From Candidatus Aenigmatarchaeota archaeon (GTDB lineage: Archaea > Aenigmatarchaeota > Aenigmatarchaeia > CG10238-14 > SCSR01): DNA of 64,000 bases. Both the position numbers and the translations under genes were made by a program. This document shows, in pieces, positions 1 through 9,408 of the stretch; position 1 is the first letter of the stretch, and the number at the start of each line of letters is the position of its first letter. Below the pieces are notes generated by a model. That model saw only the letters and a program-made list of their open reading frames with translations, made no database searches and was not told the DNA's origin. The stretch lies in the NCBI GenBank assembly GCA_018920185.1, contig JAHLMT010000002.1, positions 91,051 to 155,050 on the forward strand, in the 5' to 3' direction.

Positions 1-266
1 GCTATAGATAAACAAAATACTCTATGATCACAATAAATTGCTGATCCAACTGTTTGCCTCCTCGTTAAGTGTATTCCATGCGCTCTGATAAAACTTTCAT
101 TTATATCTGACAAATCTTCATTAATTGCAACTGTAACTGCTGGAGGTGAAATTTCGAACATACGAATAAAGTTATCACCATCTATCGCATGTTCAGTTAA
201 AACTTCATCTAAGGCTAAACTTGTGTACTGATCTATTTTTTGAAAACCCAAATAGTAATTTTCCAT
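1..266 (-). CDS. Lipoate-protein ligase A-like protein, N-terminal part (runs off window; not in ORF track)
   Basis: Manual translation from ATG 266: MENYYLGFQKIDQYTSLALDEVLTEH...FIRMFEISPPAVTVAINEDLSDINESFIRAHGIHLTRRQTVGSAIYCD, which follows the LplA pattern LALDE...PPAV...INxxF...GI..RRxTGGGAxYHD with a degenerate Gly motif. Confidence 0.6.
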   Translation of the reverse strand, partial: MENYYLGFQKIDQYTSLALDEVLTEHAIDGDNFIRMFEISPPAVTVAINEDLSDINESFIRAHGIHLTRRQTVGSAIYCDHRVFCLSI

Positions 267-333
267 ATCTTTTTATTCTGTATTAGTTTTTTTATTCCTA
301 TTATTTTATTTTATTTTATTCCGAATTTTAATT

Positions 334-1323
334 ATGACACAAATTTCAGTAGCTTTTACAGGAGACGTAATGCTCGGTAGAGTTGTTAATGAATATATTA
401 ATCGCTATGGACCAAAATATCCTTGGGGTGATGTCCTACCAATAATTAAAAAAGCTGACTTATCTTTCATCAACTTAGAATGTGTTATAACATCCCACAA
501 ACAAAAATCAAAAATGATAAAACCATTTTACTTTAGAGCAGACCTAAAAGCAATAGAAGTATTAAAAGTTGCTGGTATAGATTATGTTTCCCTTGCTAAC
601 AATCATTCTTTAGATTTTCAAGAAAAAGGTTTACTAGATTGTATTGAGTTATTAGACAAATCTGGAATTAAACATGCGGGTGCCGGAAATAATTTGAAAG
701 AAGCATCTAAACCAGCTATTTTAGAATCAAAAGGAGTCAAATTCGCAGTTTTATCTTACGCAGATTACCCCGAAGAATGGAAAGCACTAGAAACCAAAGG
801 AGGAATTAACCACACGCCTATAACACTAGATGAAAAATATTTTTCACAAGTAAGAAATTCTATTAAACAAGCAAGACAACAAGCAGATTTTGTTATCTTC
901 TCAATCCACTGGGGACCTAACATGCGTCAGTATCCTACAGAAGAATTCATAGAATTTGCCCATGCTGTAATGGATGCTAGTGTAGATATTTTTCATGGCC
1001 ATTCTGCTCACGTATTTCAACCAATAGAAATCTATAAAGGAAAACCAATTTTTTACGATTGCGGTGATTTTATTGACGATTATGCTGTAGATCCCGAGTT
1101 AAGAAATGACTACGCTTTACTTTATTTTGTTGTTATTGATGAAGGGAAAAAGAAAATAGAAAGAATTGAATTGTTGCCTTGTTTCATACATTCTTACAAA
1201 TGTCAAGTTAATTTAGCTAAAGAAGAAATTTTCCAAGAAATTGTAAATAAAGTAAAAGAATTATCCAAATTTTTCCAAACAAAAGTTAAATTAGTTAAAA
1301 ATAAACTTGTGATAAATTTATAA
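334..1323 (+). CDS. CapA/PgsA family metallophosphatase
   Basis: GDVMLGR, INLEC, SLANNHSLD, IHWG, GHSAH, YDCGDF motifs. Confidence 0.9.
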   Translation: MTQISVAFTGDVMLGRVVNEYINRYGPKYPWGDVLPIIKKADLSFINLECVITSHKQKSKMIKPFYFRADLKAIEVLKVAGIDYVSLANNHSLDFQEKGLLDCIELLDKSGIKHAGAGNNLKEASKPAILESKGVKFAVLSYADYPEEWKALETKGGINHTPITLDEKYFSQVRNSIKQARQQADFVIFSIHWGPNMRQYPTEEFIEFAHAVMDASVDIFHGHSAHVFQPIEIYKGKPIFYDCGDFIDDYAVDPELRNDYALLYFVVIDEGKKKIERIELLPCFIHSYKCQVNLAKEEIFQEIVNKVKELSKFFQTKVKLVKNKLVINL

Positions 1324-1353
1324 ATATATTCTAGTTTAATTTACTCGATTAAG

Positions 1354-1998
1354 ATGTCTGAAAAAATCTGTCCAAATTGCGGTGAAAGTATTAAAAAAGA
1401 TTGGGAATTTTGTCCACATTGCGGAGAAAAAATTGAATCTGAGACGAGAAAAAAAGAAATATTTCCTTTCGGAAGTATTTTTGACGATATTGAAAAAGAG
1501 TTTGAAAGAATAGACAAGATGTTCGGGTTTGATTTTTTAAAGTTCCCTAGTTTCAAAATGAAACCTGGTATGAGAAGCGGTGGTATTAGCATAACCATTC
1601 AGAGTGGAACTGGTATGAAACCAAAGGTAGAAATAAAAACATCAGGTGAATACAAAAAATTAGAACCAGAATTAAAAAGAAAGCTCGGAATTAAACCTGC
1701 TATAGAAGAAGTTGAAGAAGAAAAAACAGAAAAGAAAAAACATGAAATCAAATCACCAAAGATTACCGAAGAACCTGAATCTGAAGTTCAAACTGTAGGA
1801 AACAAACAAATAATTTCTATCAAATTACCTGATGTAAAAAGCGAGGATGATATAGATGTTAAAAGATTAGAACAAAGCATAGAAGTGAAGGCCTTCGCTG
1901 GTGACAAAGCATATTTTAAACTTATCCCTATTCCTACAGACTCAAATGTCAGTAAAAAATTTAAAGATGGTATTCTAAAAATAGAAATCGAACGGTGA
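1354..1998 (+). CDS. Zinc-ribbon protein with C-terminal HSP20/CS-like domain
   Basis: N-terminal CPNCG...FCPHCG; C-terminal IKLPDVKSEDDIDV...IEVKA...YFKLIPIP...FKDGILKIEI (alpha-crystallin-like). Confidence 0.75.
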   Translation: MSEKICPNCGESIKKDWEFCPHCGEKIESETRKKEIFPFGSIFDDIEKEFERIDKMFGFDFLKFPSFKMKPGMRSGGISITIQSGTGMKPKVEIKTSGEYKKLEPELKRKLGIKPAIEEVEEEKTEKKKHEIKSPKITEEPESEVQTVGNKQIISIKLPDVKSEDDIDVKRLEQSIEVKAFAGDKAYFKLIPIPTDSNVSKKFKDGILKIEIER

Positions 1999-2001
1999 AG
2001 A

Positions 2002-3366
2002 ATGCCAGAGATTAAAGAAATCTCTGAGTCTATGCGTGAATGGGAAAGAGTTGCCGCCCATTCGCATATTTCTGGTCTGGGTTTAGATGGTTTGAAAGCA
2101 AAACCTATGGCAGCAGGTATGGTTGGACAGATAGAAGCCAGAGAGGCTGCAGGTCTAGTAGTCAGGTTAGTTAAAGAAGGAAAATTTGCCGGTAGGGCAG
2201 TTTTACTTGCAGGTCCTCCAGGAACAGGGAAGACAGCTATTGCAATGGGAATAGCAAAAGAATTGGGTAGAGATGTACCTTTTGTTCCATTAGCAGCCAG
2301 TGAAATATTCTCAACTGACATAAGGAAAACAGAATTTCTAACTCAGACTTTAAGAAAAGCTATTGGCGCAAGAATTCATGAAATGAGGAAAATATATGAA
2401 GGTGAGGTAAAGGAAATAAACATAGAAACAGCACAGCATCCTTACAATCCTTATCAAAAAATTCCTGTAGGTGCTATAATAAAAATTGCAACAAAAGATG
2501 AAAGCAAAAAATTAACAATGGACCAAAGCTTTGCTATGCAATTGATTCAACAAAATATAGAAACAGGAGATGTTGTTAACATCGATGTTGATGGTGGGAG
2601 AATTGTTAAAATAGGGAAAAGTAAAGAATCTGCAGAAGAAAAAAAGCTAGATTTAAGTGCAACCCAGCTTATAGATGTACCTAAAGGAAAAGTTCTGAAA
2701 GAGAAAGAATTTATTTATCCAGTTACTTTGCACGCTCTTGATGTGGCAAGTGCCAGGCAAGGCGAGGACATTTTCAGCATATTTTTCGGTGGAAGAGAAT
2801 CTAAAGAAATCGAACCTGAGGTTAGAAAACAAGTGGATGAGTATGTGAAATCATTAGTTCAAGAAGGAAGATGTGAACTATTACCTGGTGTTGTTTTTAT
2901 CGACGAGTGCAGCATGCTTGATATTGAAACATTTGCATTTCTTAATAGAGCTCTGGAGCAAGAGTTATCACCCATTATTATTTTTGCAACAAATCGAGGA
3001 TTTTCAACAATTAGAGGGACTGATATCAAAGCAGCACATGGTATGCCACTTGATCTAGTCGATAGGTTGTTGATAATAAATACCAAACCGTATGGAAAAG
3101 AAGACATTAGAAAAATCGTAGAGACAAGAGCGAAAGCTGAAAAGATTAAACTAACAGACGAAGCTTTAGAATATCTGACCGAAGTTGGTGCTAGAACTAG
3201 CTTAAGATATTCGATTCAGTTGCTTGCTCCTGCCTTTGAATTTGCAAAAGAGAATAATTCAGAAAAAATAGAGAAAGAACATATTATTTATGTTGAGAAA
3301 TTGTTTGTTGATGTCAAAAAGTCTGTTGAATATCTTAAGGAATATGAAAGTCATTTTTTGGCATGA
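2002..3366 (+). CDS. tip49: TIP49/RuvB-like AAA+ ATPase
   Basis: RVAAHSHISGLGL, GMVGQIEAREAAG, Walker A GPPGTGKT, Walker B FIDEC, ATNRG, HGMPLDLVDRL. Confidence 0.95.
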   Translation: MPEIKEISESMREWERVAAHSHISGLGLDGLKAKPMAAGMVGQIEAREAAGLVVRLVKEGKFAGRAVLLAGPPGTGKTAIAMGIAKELGRDVPFVPLAASEIFSTDIRKTEFLTQTLRKAIGARIHEMRKIYEGEVKEINIETAQHPYNPYQKIPVGAIIKIATKDESKKLTMDQSFAMQLIQQNIETGDVVNIDVDGGRIVKIGKSKESAEEKKLDLSATQLIDVPKGKVLKEKEFIYPVTLHALDVASARQGEDIFSIFFGGRESKEIEPEVRKQVDEYVKSLVQEGRCELLPGVVFIDECSMLDIETFAFLNRALEQELSPIIIFATNRGFSTIRGTDIKAAHGMPLDLVDRLLIINTKPYGKEDIRKIVETRAKAEKIKLTDEALEYLTEVGARTSLRYSIQLLAPAFEFAKENNSEKIEKEHIIYVEKLFVDVKKSVEYLKEYESHFLA

Positions 3367-3375
3367 TAAAGTTTT

Positions 3376-3648
3376 TTATTTTCCTAAAGCCCATTTCTTC
3401 AAAGTCTCGTAATCAACAGCTCCACAAATCCATTGCCCAGTCTTAGTGTTAAAGAAGAAAGGCACTCCACCACAAAATCCTCTGTCATACTTTTCCATTA
3501 GCTTTGCATTTTCAGCATTATGCCAAACTTCTAGTTCTTTAATTTTTACTTTTTCTTCTTTCTCTAGTTTTTGGACTAATGGTTTCATCTCATTGCAGTG
3601 AGGACATTCCCTTCCAGTAAAGAACAGCAATTCTTCCATATATCTCAA
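3376..3648 (-). CDS. Thioredoxin/glutaredoxin-like protein
   Basis: CPHC motif, EVWHN, GVPFF cis-Pro loop. Confidence 0.85.
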   Translation of the reverse strand: MRYMEELLFFTGRECPHCNEMKPLVQKLEKEEKVKIKELEVWHNAENAKLMEKYDRGFCGGVPFFFNTKTGQWICGAVDYETLKKWALGK

Positions 3649-3739
3649 ACTAAATTTAGAGTTTGATTTATATAAAAATTTCTCTTCAATGTTAAATAAA
3701 TATGAGAAAATCCAAGGGTGTTAGCTAATTTAAAAATTA

Positions 3740-5122
3740 TTACTTAGTCACGGATACAACACGAGATTTTTTATAATACTTCACCAACTGTTGTATAGCT
3801 CTTACAGCATCCTCAGGATAAGTGTAAGTTGGAATACCATTTTCTTCTAAATTTCTTCTCATTACTTCTGTATACTCGCCCCCCGCCGACACAACAACAA
3901 TAGGTTTTTTCTTCAAATCATTCGCTTCAATCAAAATATCCACTATATCCGTTGCTATTAATGGAGTTTGTACTAGAACTATTATTAACAAAATATCAAT
4001 ATTCTCATCCTTCATGCATGCATCTATGCAAAGCTTGTACCTTGCAGAAGTAGCATCACCAACTAAATCCAAAGGGTTTTCTATGTTAATTATCTTCGGT
4101 AGATTTTTCCTTAATTCTTTCTTAGTTTCATTTGAAAGTTTGGCAAGTTCAACACCATTTTTTGCCATGGCATCTACAGCAAGAATCCCATATCCCCCAC
4201 CGTTAGTCATTACTTGTACCCTTCCACCTTTTGGTGGAATGCATTTCTCAAGAATTTTTGCAAAGTTAAACATATCTTCCAAATTTTCCGCACGAATAAT
4301 TCCAGATTGTTTGAAGACACCAAAGTAAATTTCAGCACTTCCGGCTAATGAGCCTGTATGTGATAACGTAGCTTTAGCTCCAGCTTCTGTTACACCACCT
4401 TTAATTGCAATAATCGGTTTTTTCTTTGAGACTTTTTTACAAACTTCCAAGAATTTTCTACCATCTTTTACAGCTTCTATATACAGGCAGATAACTTTTG
4501 TATTCTCATCATCACCAAGATAATCTATCAGATCACTTTCATCAACGTCAACAGCATTACCGTAACTGATAAATTTTGCAAAACCATACCCTTCTGCAGT
4601 AGCCAAATCAACAATAGAAGAACCAACGGCTCCCGACTGACAAACAAAAGATATAACACCTTCCTTTGGTCTACTCATTCTAAATCTGGGTAAAAATAGC
4701 GAGTCAATTCTAGAATAAGCATCAAACACACCTAAAGCATTCGGTCCAATAACTCTTAATTTATATCTTTTTATAACATTTTCCAATTTCTTTTCGAGCT
4801 TGTAATTACCAACTTCTTTGAAACCAGCACTGATAATAATTATATTTTGTATTTTCTTTCTTCCACATTCTTCTAAAACCTTAGGAACAATTTCGGCAGG
4901 AACAGCAACAATAGCTAATTCAATCTTTTCAGGTATATCCAAAACAGAAGCATAAGAACGGTAATTCAAGATGTTCTCTGCATTTGGATTAACTACAAAT
5001 ATTTTTCCTCTGTAACCACCATCAATAAAATTTCTGAAAATTACATGACCTACCTTATTTGGGTCTCTTGACACTCCAATTATAGCTACACTCTGAGCGT
5101 TGAAAAAATTATCTAAACTCAT
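3740..5122 (-). CDS. acdA: ADP-forming acyl-CoA synthetase alpha subunit
   Basis: CoA-binding fold IIGVS, GPNALG, CQSG, SHTGSLAG phospho-His motif, TNGGG, NPLDLVGDA. Confidence 0.92.
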   Translation of the reverse strand: MSLDNFFNAQSVAIIGVSRDPNKVGHVIFRNFIDGGYRGKIFVVNPNAENILNYRSYASVLDIPEKIELAIVAVPAEIVPKVLEECGRKKIQNIIIISAGFKEVGNYKLEKKLENVIKRYKLRVIGPNALGVFDAYSRIDSLFLPRFRMSRPKEGVISFVCQSGAVGSSIVDLATAEGYGFAKFISYGNAVDVDESDLIDYLGDDENTKVICLYIEAVKDGRKFLEVCKKVSKKKPIIAIKGGVTEAGAKATLSHTGSLAGSAEIYFGVFKQSGIIRAENLEDMFNFAKILEKCIPPKGGRVQVMTNGGGYGILAVDAMAKNGVELAKLSNETKKELRKNLPKIINIENPLDLVGDATSARYKLCIDACMKDENIDILLIIVLVQTPLIATDIVDILIEANDLKKKPIVVVSAGGEYTEVMRRNLEENGIPTYTYPEDAVRAIQQLVKYYKKSRVVSVTK

Positions 5123-5155
5123 GATAATTTATTATTAGAAACTATATTTTTATCT

Positions 5156-5779
5156 ATGCGAGTTTTGTTAGGCAAGGATGCTGAAAAGTTCCTTAAAGGA
5201 TTGCCTCTTGCCAAGAGTTTTCTAATAAAAAATCTAAGAGAATTGATAAAAATCAAGAAATACCCTGTAGTAATGAAATTAATCTCACCCCGAGCTATAC
5301 ACAAAACCGAAGTAGGTGGAGTGAAGATAGTCGACAATTTACAAGAAGCACAAGAAACTTTCAATCAATTTGTTAAATTAGCCAAAACGAAAAGAATGAA
5401 GTTGATAGGAATTTTAATCCAAGAATACGTCAAAGGAAGAGAGTTTATCATAGGAATTAAAAAAGATCCTACTTTTGGCCATGTGATAATGTTTGGTGCT
5501 GGCGGAATTTTTGTAGAAGCTTTGAAAGATGTGACATTTAGAGTCTGTCCTATATCAAAAGAGGATGCAGAAAGCATGCTATATGATTTAAAGAATCAAT
5601 GGCTGCTCTCAGGTACACGAGGAGAAAAACCGGTTAATACTAAACTATTGAAGCAAATTCTTGTAAAAGTTTCTAGATTACCACAGAAATATAAAAACAT
5701 AGAAGAACTTGATATTAATCCTTTAATGGTTAGTGAAAAGTCTGTAAAAATAGTTGATGTAAGAATTCTGATGAAATAG
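5156..5779 (+). CDS. acdB: ADP-forming acyl-CoA synthetase beta subunit (ATP-grasp)
   Basis: YPVVMK, HKTEVGGV, GREFIIG, DPTFGHVIMFGAGG, ELDINPL. Confidence 0.9.
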   Translation: MRVLLGKDAEKFLKGLPLAKSFLIKNLRELIKIKKYPVVMKLISPRAIHKTEVGGVKIVDNLQEAQETFNQFVKLAKTKRMKLIGILIQEYVKGREFIIGIKKDPTFGHVIMFGAGGIFVEALKDVTFRVCPISKEDAESMLYDLKNQWLLSGTRGEKPVNTKLLKQILVKVSRLPQKYKNIEELDINPLMVSEKSVKIVDVRILMK

Positions 5780-6287
5780 TCCATCTATCTGCCTTTCTCA
5801 ATTCTTTAAATTCTCGTGTGTAATCTCTCAAGGAACTACCATCCCTAAATGGCAAAGCTAAAAACTCTTGTTTAGCACCATCTAAACAGTAACATTCCCA
5901 TGTATAAGTTCTTTGTTTCTTGACAGACATCTGAATATCCCCGAGTATTTCGATATTATCTGATACCCGAAATCGTTCCAACTCTCTTAACATTTCTTCA
6001 TCTATGCGATCTTTAGGTTTGTGATTAAAAGTTTCTACCAATCTTATTTCATTTTTACGTAACCTAAAAATACAAAGAGCTGTAGGTTCTTTTCTATTAA
6101 GAAACTTTTTAAGAGTTATGTTACGATCAAATGCGTACCATACAGCAATGAGAAAATCTGATGTCAAATAAAGTCGATTTGCTGGAGAAGCTCTTAAAGT
6201 TCCGTTAAATGGTTCTAATAAATAATTAAAAACTTTATCAGGTGTATACAAAACTGCACTTCCGTGATATAGATATGGTGAACTCAT
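5730..6287 (-). CDS. Hypothetical protein, possible ADP-ribosyltransferase fold
   Basis: YLYHGS near N-terminus, LYLTSDFLIAVWYA, late WECYC strand; resembles H-Y-E ART layout. Confidence 0.5.
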   Translation of the reverse strand: MSSPYLYHGSAVLYTPDKVFNYLLEPFNGTLRASPANRLYLTSDFLIAVWYAFDRNITLKKFLNRKEPTALCIFRLRKNEIRLVETFNHKPKDRIDEEMLRELERFRVSDNIEILGDIQMSVKKQRTYTWECYCLDGAKQEFLALPFRDGSSLRDYTREFKELRKADRWTISSEFLHQLFLQTFH

Positions 6288-6305
6288 AAAAATGATAAAA
6301 AGAAT

Positions 6306-7457
6306 TTATTCCCTTTCCTTATTCTGCTTTACTCTCTCTTGTGCAATCTTTAATGCAGCATCTCTCGGTTTTACATTTTCTTTTCTAGCTCTATCCAAAA
6401 CAATCTTCACATTCCTTTTTATCTTCTTCTCAACTAGCTCAAACATTTTCTTAGGATTATATCCGCGATATTCAGCATAAGAAGAAATCACACCCCCAGC
6501 ATTAGCAACAAAATCTGGAACAACCAAAATTCCACGCTTATGCAAAATTTCTTCCATTTCAGGTGTTGTAGGAATATTCGCAGCCTCAACAACAATCTTA
6601 GCCTTCACATCATTCACATTATCTTTATTAATCACATCCGGTAATGCAGCAGGTATCAGTATATCAACAGGTAATTCAAAAATTTCTTTATTTGCTAAAA
6701 CTTTCCCGGGCTTGTAATTAATCACGCTTCCAGTTTTCTCTTTCACATCTAACAGCTTTTTAACATCCAAACCATTCTCATTATAAATCACACCTTTGCT
6801 ATCACTAACAGCAATAATCTTTGCCCCAAATTCTGACAAATGTTTTGAAGCAAAAGTACCAACATTACCAAAACCTTCTATTGCAACTGTAGCATTTTTG
6901 ATGTTCAATCCAACATAATCAGCTGCTACAGCTGTAGCATGAGCTACACCGAAACCTGTAGAACCATATTCATGTGGTATTCCACATTTCTCTCCAGGTT
7001 TTCCAAATAACTTCATACAAACATTAGCTGGTTTACCGGTGCACGCTTTCCAGTTACCATTAGCTTCAAAGAACCATTTCATCTCTTCCTCCCCTGTGTT
7101 AACATCTGGCCCTGCTATGTAAAGCTTAGGCACAATAGGTTTCAATGCTTTAGAAAACGCCTGTATCAATGCTTTTTTGCGTTCTTTATTTTTAATATCT
7201 TCGGGTGAAGCTTTAATTCCTGCCTTTGCTCCGCCAAATGGTAGTTCAGCAAGAGCATTCTTCCAAGTCATAGTTCTTGCAAGTCGAAAAATCTCTACAA
7301 CATCAACAGTAGGAGTCATCCTAATTCCTCCCTTACCCACACCTCGATTTGTATTATCTATGCATAAAAAACCATGCATCTTTGTTTTAGGATCGTACAC
7401 CTCTATTATCAGTTCAGGTCCCCACTCGTCTGGTTTAATTTCCTTATTTATAATCAT
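6306..7457 (-). CDS. gdhA: Glu/Leu/Phe/Val dehydrogenase (glutamate dehydrogenase-like)
   Basis: GKGGIR, MTWKNA, GGAKAG, GPDVNT, TGKP, GFGNVG, EAAN, PDFVANAGGV. Confidence 0.9.
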   Translation of the reverse strand: MIINKEIKPDEWGPELIIEVYDPKTKMHGFLCIDNTNRGVGKGGIRMTPTVDVVEIFRLARTMTWKNALAELPFGGAKAGIKASPEDIKNKERKKALIQAFSKALKPIVPKLYIAGPDVNTGEEEMKWFFEANGNWKACTGKPANVCMKLFGKPGEKCGIPHEYGSTGFGVAHATAVAADYVGLNIKNATVAIEGFGNVGTFASKHLSEFGAKIIAVSDSKGVIYNENGLDVKKLLDVKEKTGSVINYKPGKVLANKEIFELPVDILIPAALPDVINKDNVNDVKAKIVVEAANIPTTPEMEEILHKRGILVVPDFVANAGGVISSYAEYRGYNPKKMFELVEKKIKRNVKIVLDRARKENVKPRDAALKIAQERVKQNKERE

Positions 7458-7550
7458 AAATACTCTTTTGTCTTGCCAACCCTTATATTTTCATTAAGTT
7501 AAAACATGCCATGAACACTGTCTATCACATATAAAATTCTATTGATTTCG

Positions 7551-7587
7551 GTAAGTTTATATATCATGAAAGACTGCATAAACTTAC
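7551..7587. promoter_or_regulatory. Perfect 10-bp inverted repeat GTAAGTTTAT-N17-ATAAACTTAC in divergent intergenic region
   Basis: Read directly between gdh and ORF 7664. Confidence 0.3.
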
Positions 7588-7663
7588 TATATTTCACGAC
7601 ATAATAGTTGTAATGTATATAATGTAAAACCAAAAAATATTTATATTCATATACTACTTATTA

Positions 7664-8071
7664 GTGATGAAAATAAATGAGGTGAAACACATGGTAAAAA
7701 AACCAATAAACACCATCGCAGCTTTACTGCTTTTATTTGGTTTAGGATATGGTATAGGACGTGGTGTTGATATTTTCAGACAATATGAAAGATCCAATGT
7801 GTCTGCTCGTATAGAAAGAGCATACAACTCAGATCAAGATTCCGATATTAAAGTTGTGAACAAGAATGATATCAAAAACTCATGTTCCGTTTATATTCTT
7901 GACGCAGGAATACATCTTGTTGATGATACCTGTGACGGTCGAGTTGACAGGGTAAGAAAAGATGGCAAAATAGGAAAAATCCTCCTTACCTATAATAAAG
8001 ACGAATTTCCGCTCGAAGTTATTAAGATGGCGAATGAAATGTATCAGAAATATCAGAGAGGAAATAAATGA
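7664..8071 (+). CDS. Hypothetical membrane-anchored protein
   Basis: N-terminal hydrophobic helix; DDTCDGRVD acidic loop. Confidence 0.6.
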   Translation: MMKINEVKHMVKKPINTIAALLLLFGLGYGIGRGVDIFRQYERSNVSARIERAYNSDQDSDIKVVNKNDIKNSCSVYILDAGIHLVDDTCDGRVDRVRKDGKIGKILLTYNKDEFPLEVIKMANEMYQKYQRGNK

Positions 8072-8294
8072 ATATTCGGTAAAGACGAATAGAATGAACT
8101 GCTAAAGATCAGCTAGACACAATATTTTACCTAGTTCCTTCTCTTATCTTCACTCCCAGTATCGACTGTATCTAATGTTAGTTTTGGTGAATAGACAAAA
8201 TTTTCATAAACTTTATTTTAATGTGTTTATCTGTTATTACTACTATTATGTAGTGAAGTACAGAAATGCTTAAATATGTTGAACGCATATATTA

Positions 8295-8777
8295 TTGCTG
8301 ATTAAAATGGTATCTAATGGTTATAACCCCGAGAATGAAATAAATCAAATACCCCTAGTAAAATCAGAAGGAGAATTGTTGAGAGTACCGAGAGGTAGCA
8401 GAGTTAGAGTAGAATGTTTTATACCGTATTTTGAAATTGAGGGAGAAGTTATTTTAGGAGTTCCATACGAAGATCGTTATAACCGCGTTTTAGGCAAACC
8501 AAGTGGAATTGATTGGAGAATGCCCCACGATACATTAACTCATCCACCTTGTTGTTATCTTCCAGTAAGAATGCTTGATGATGCGTACATACAAATCTCC
8601 GGTTATTCTCCTACAGAAAACTTTTACAAACTGTTAGTAAATGCTGCCAGGAATAAAAAACGTGTACGGATTACGGGTAGATTTGATGGGTCAGGCTTGT
8701 CAGATGTAGAAACTATCGAAATAGATGGTCAAACTATAAAATGGGAGGCTGAGAAGTATGAGATTCAATTTTATTAA
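8295..8777 (+). CDS. Hypothetical protein (possible OB-fold-like C-terminus)
   Basis: Open 160 codons; KRVRITGRF...VETIEIDG. Confidence 0.55.
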   Translation: MLIKMVSNGYNPENEINQIPLVKSEGELLRVPRGSRVRVECFIPYFEIEGEVILGVPYEDRYNRVLGKPSGIDWRMPHDTLTHPPCCYLPVRMLDDAYIQISGYSPTENFYKLLVNAARNKKRVRITGRFDGSGLSDVETIEIDGQTIKWEAEKYEIQFY

Positions 8778-9366
8778 AAGAAGAAGTCATGATATCATAT
8801 CAGAATATCGTAAAACTGCTAGAGCCCAACTAAATACAGTTTACCAAGCATCTGTCAGAATAATAAGCCAACTAGAAAACATGAGAATAAGAAATGAACC
8901 TAATCCAGAAAACTATTTACAAGCTCTTATAGATCTGTATAATGCATATCGAGCTGTGAACAATCTGAGAGAAACTTGCAGACTGGCTAATGATTCTAAA
9001 AAAGATCATAAACTATCAAACGTAATGTGGAATTTGTATGTTGCGTTCTTAACCTTACAGATGCCTATAAAAACAGATGCAGAGGCTATAGTCGATTATG
9101 TTAGAACAAAAATAAATAGACCGCACAATGCTTTTGAAAAAGTTTTTCCGCAATATTTTGAATCTGGACTTTCATATGATGATTTAGAAAGAGCTATTGA
9201 AGAAAATCGCAGAAGAGGATTCTTTCCAGACTTTGAAAAGCTTTATAACACCGATAGACAAACTGCTGTTTGGGAAGCAAGAAAAAGGATAACAGGAGCC
9301 GAAAGAGCTATGCTAGAAGCTCTCAAAGGGTTAGAGAAATTAGGAGCTAAATTGCCTAAACAATAA
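8758..9366 (+). CDS. Hypothetical helical protein
   Basis: Open 202 codons overlapping the upstream ORF; its 5' part is duplicated at 57906. Confidence 0.6.
   Translation: MRFNFIKRRSHDIISEYRKTARAQLNTVYQASVRIISQLENMRIRNEPNPENYLQALIDLYNAYRAVNNLRETCRLANDSKKDHKLSNVMWNLYVAFLTLQMPIKTDAEAIVDYVRTKINRPHNAFEKVFPQYFESGLSYDDLERAIEENRRRGFFPDFEKLYNTDRQTAVWEARKRITGAERAMLEALKGLEKLGAKLPKQ
8799..8925 (+). repeat. Dispersed direct repeat, copy A (127 bp; copy B at 57906-58032)
   Basis: Manual alignment gives 7 mismatches and no gaps. Confidence 0.9.
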
Positions 9367-9408
9367 AATAAAATTTTTAAAAGAATAAAACTGAATGATT
9401 GTTTATAA

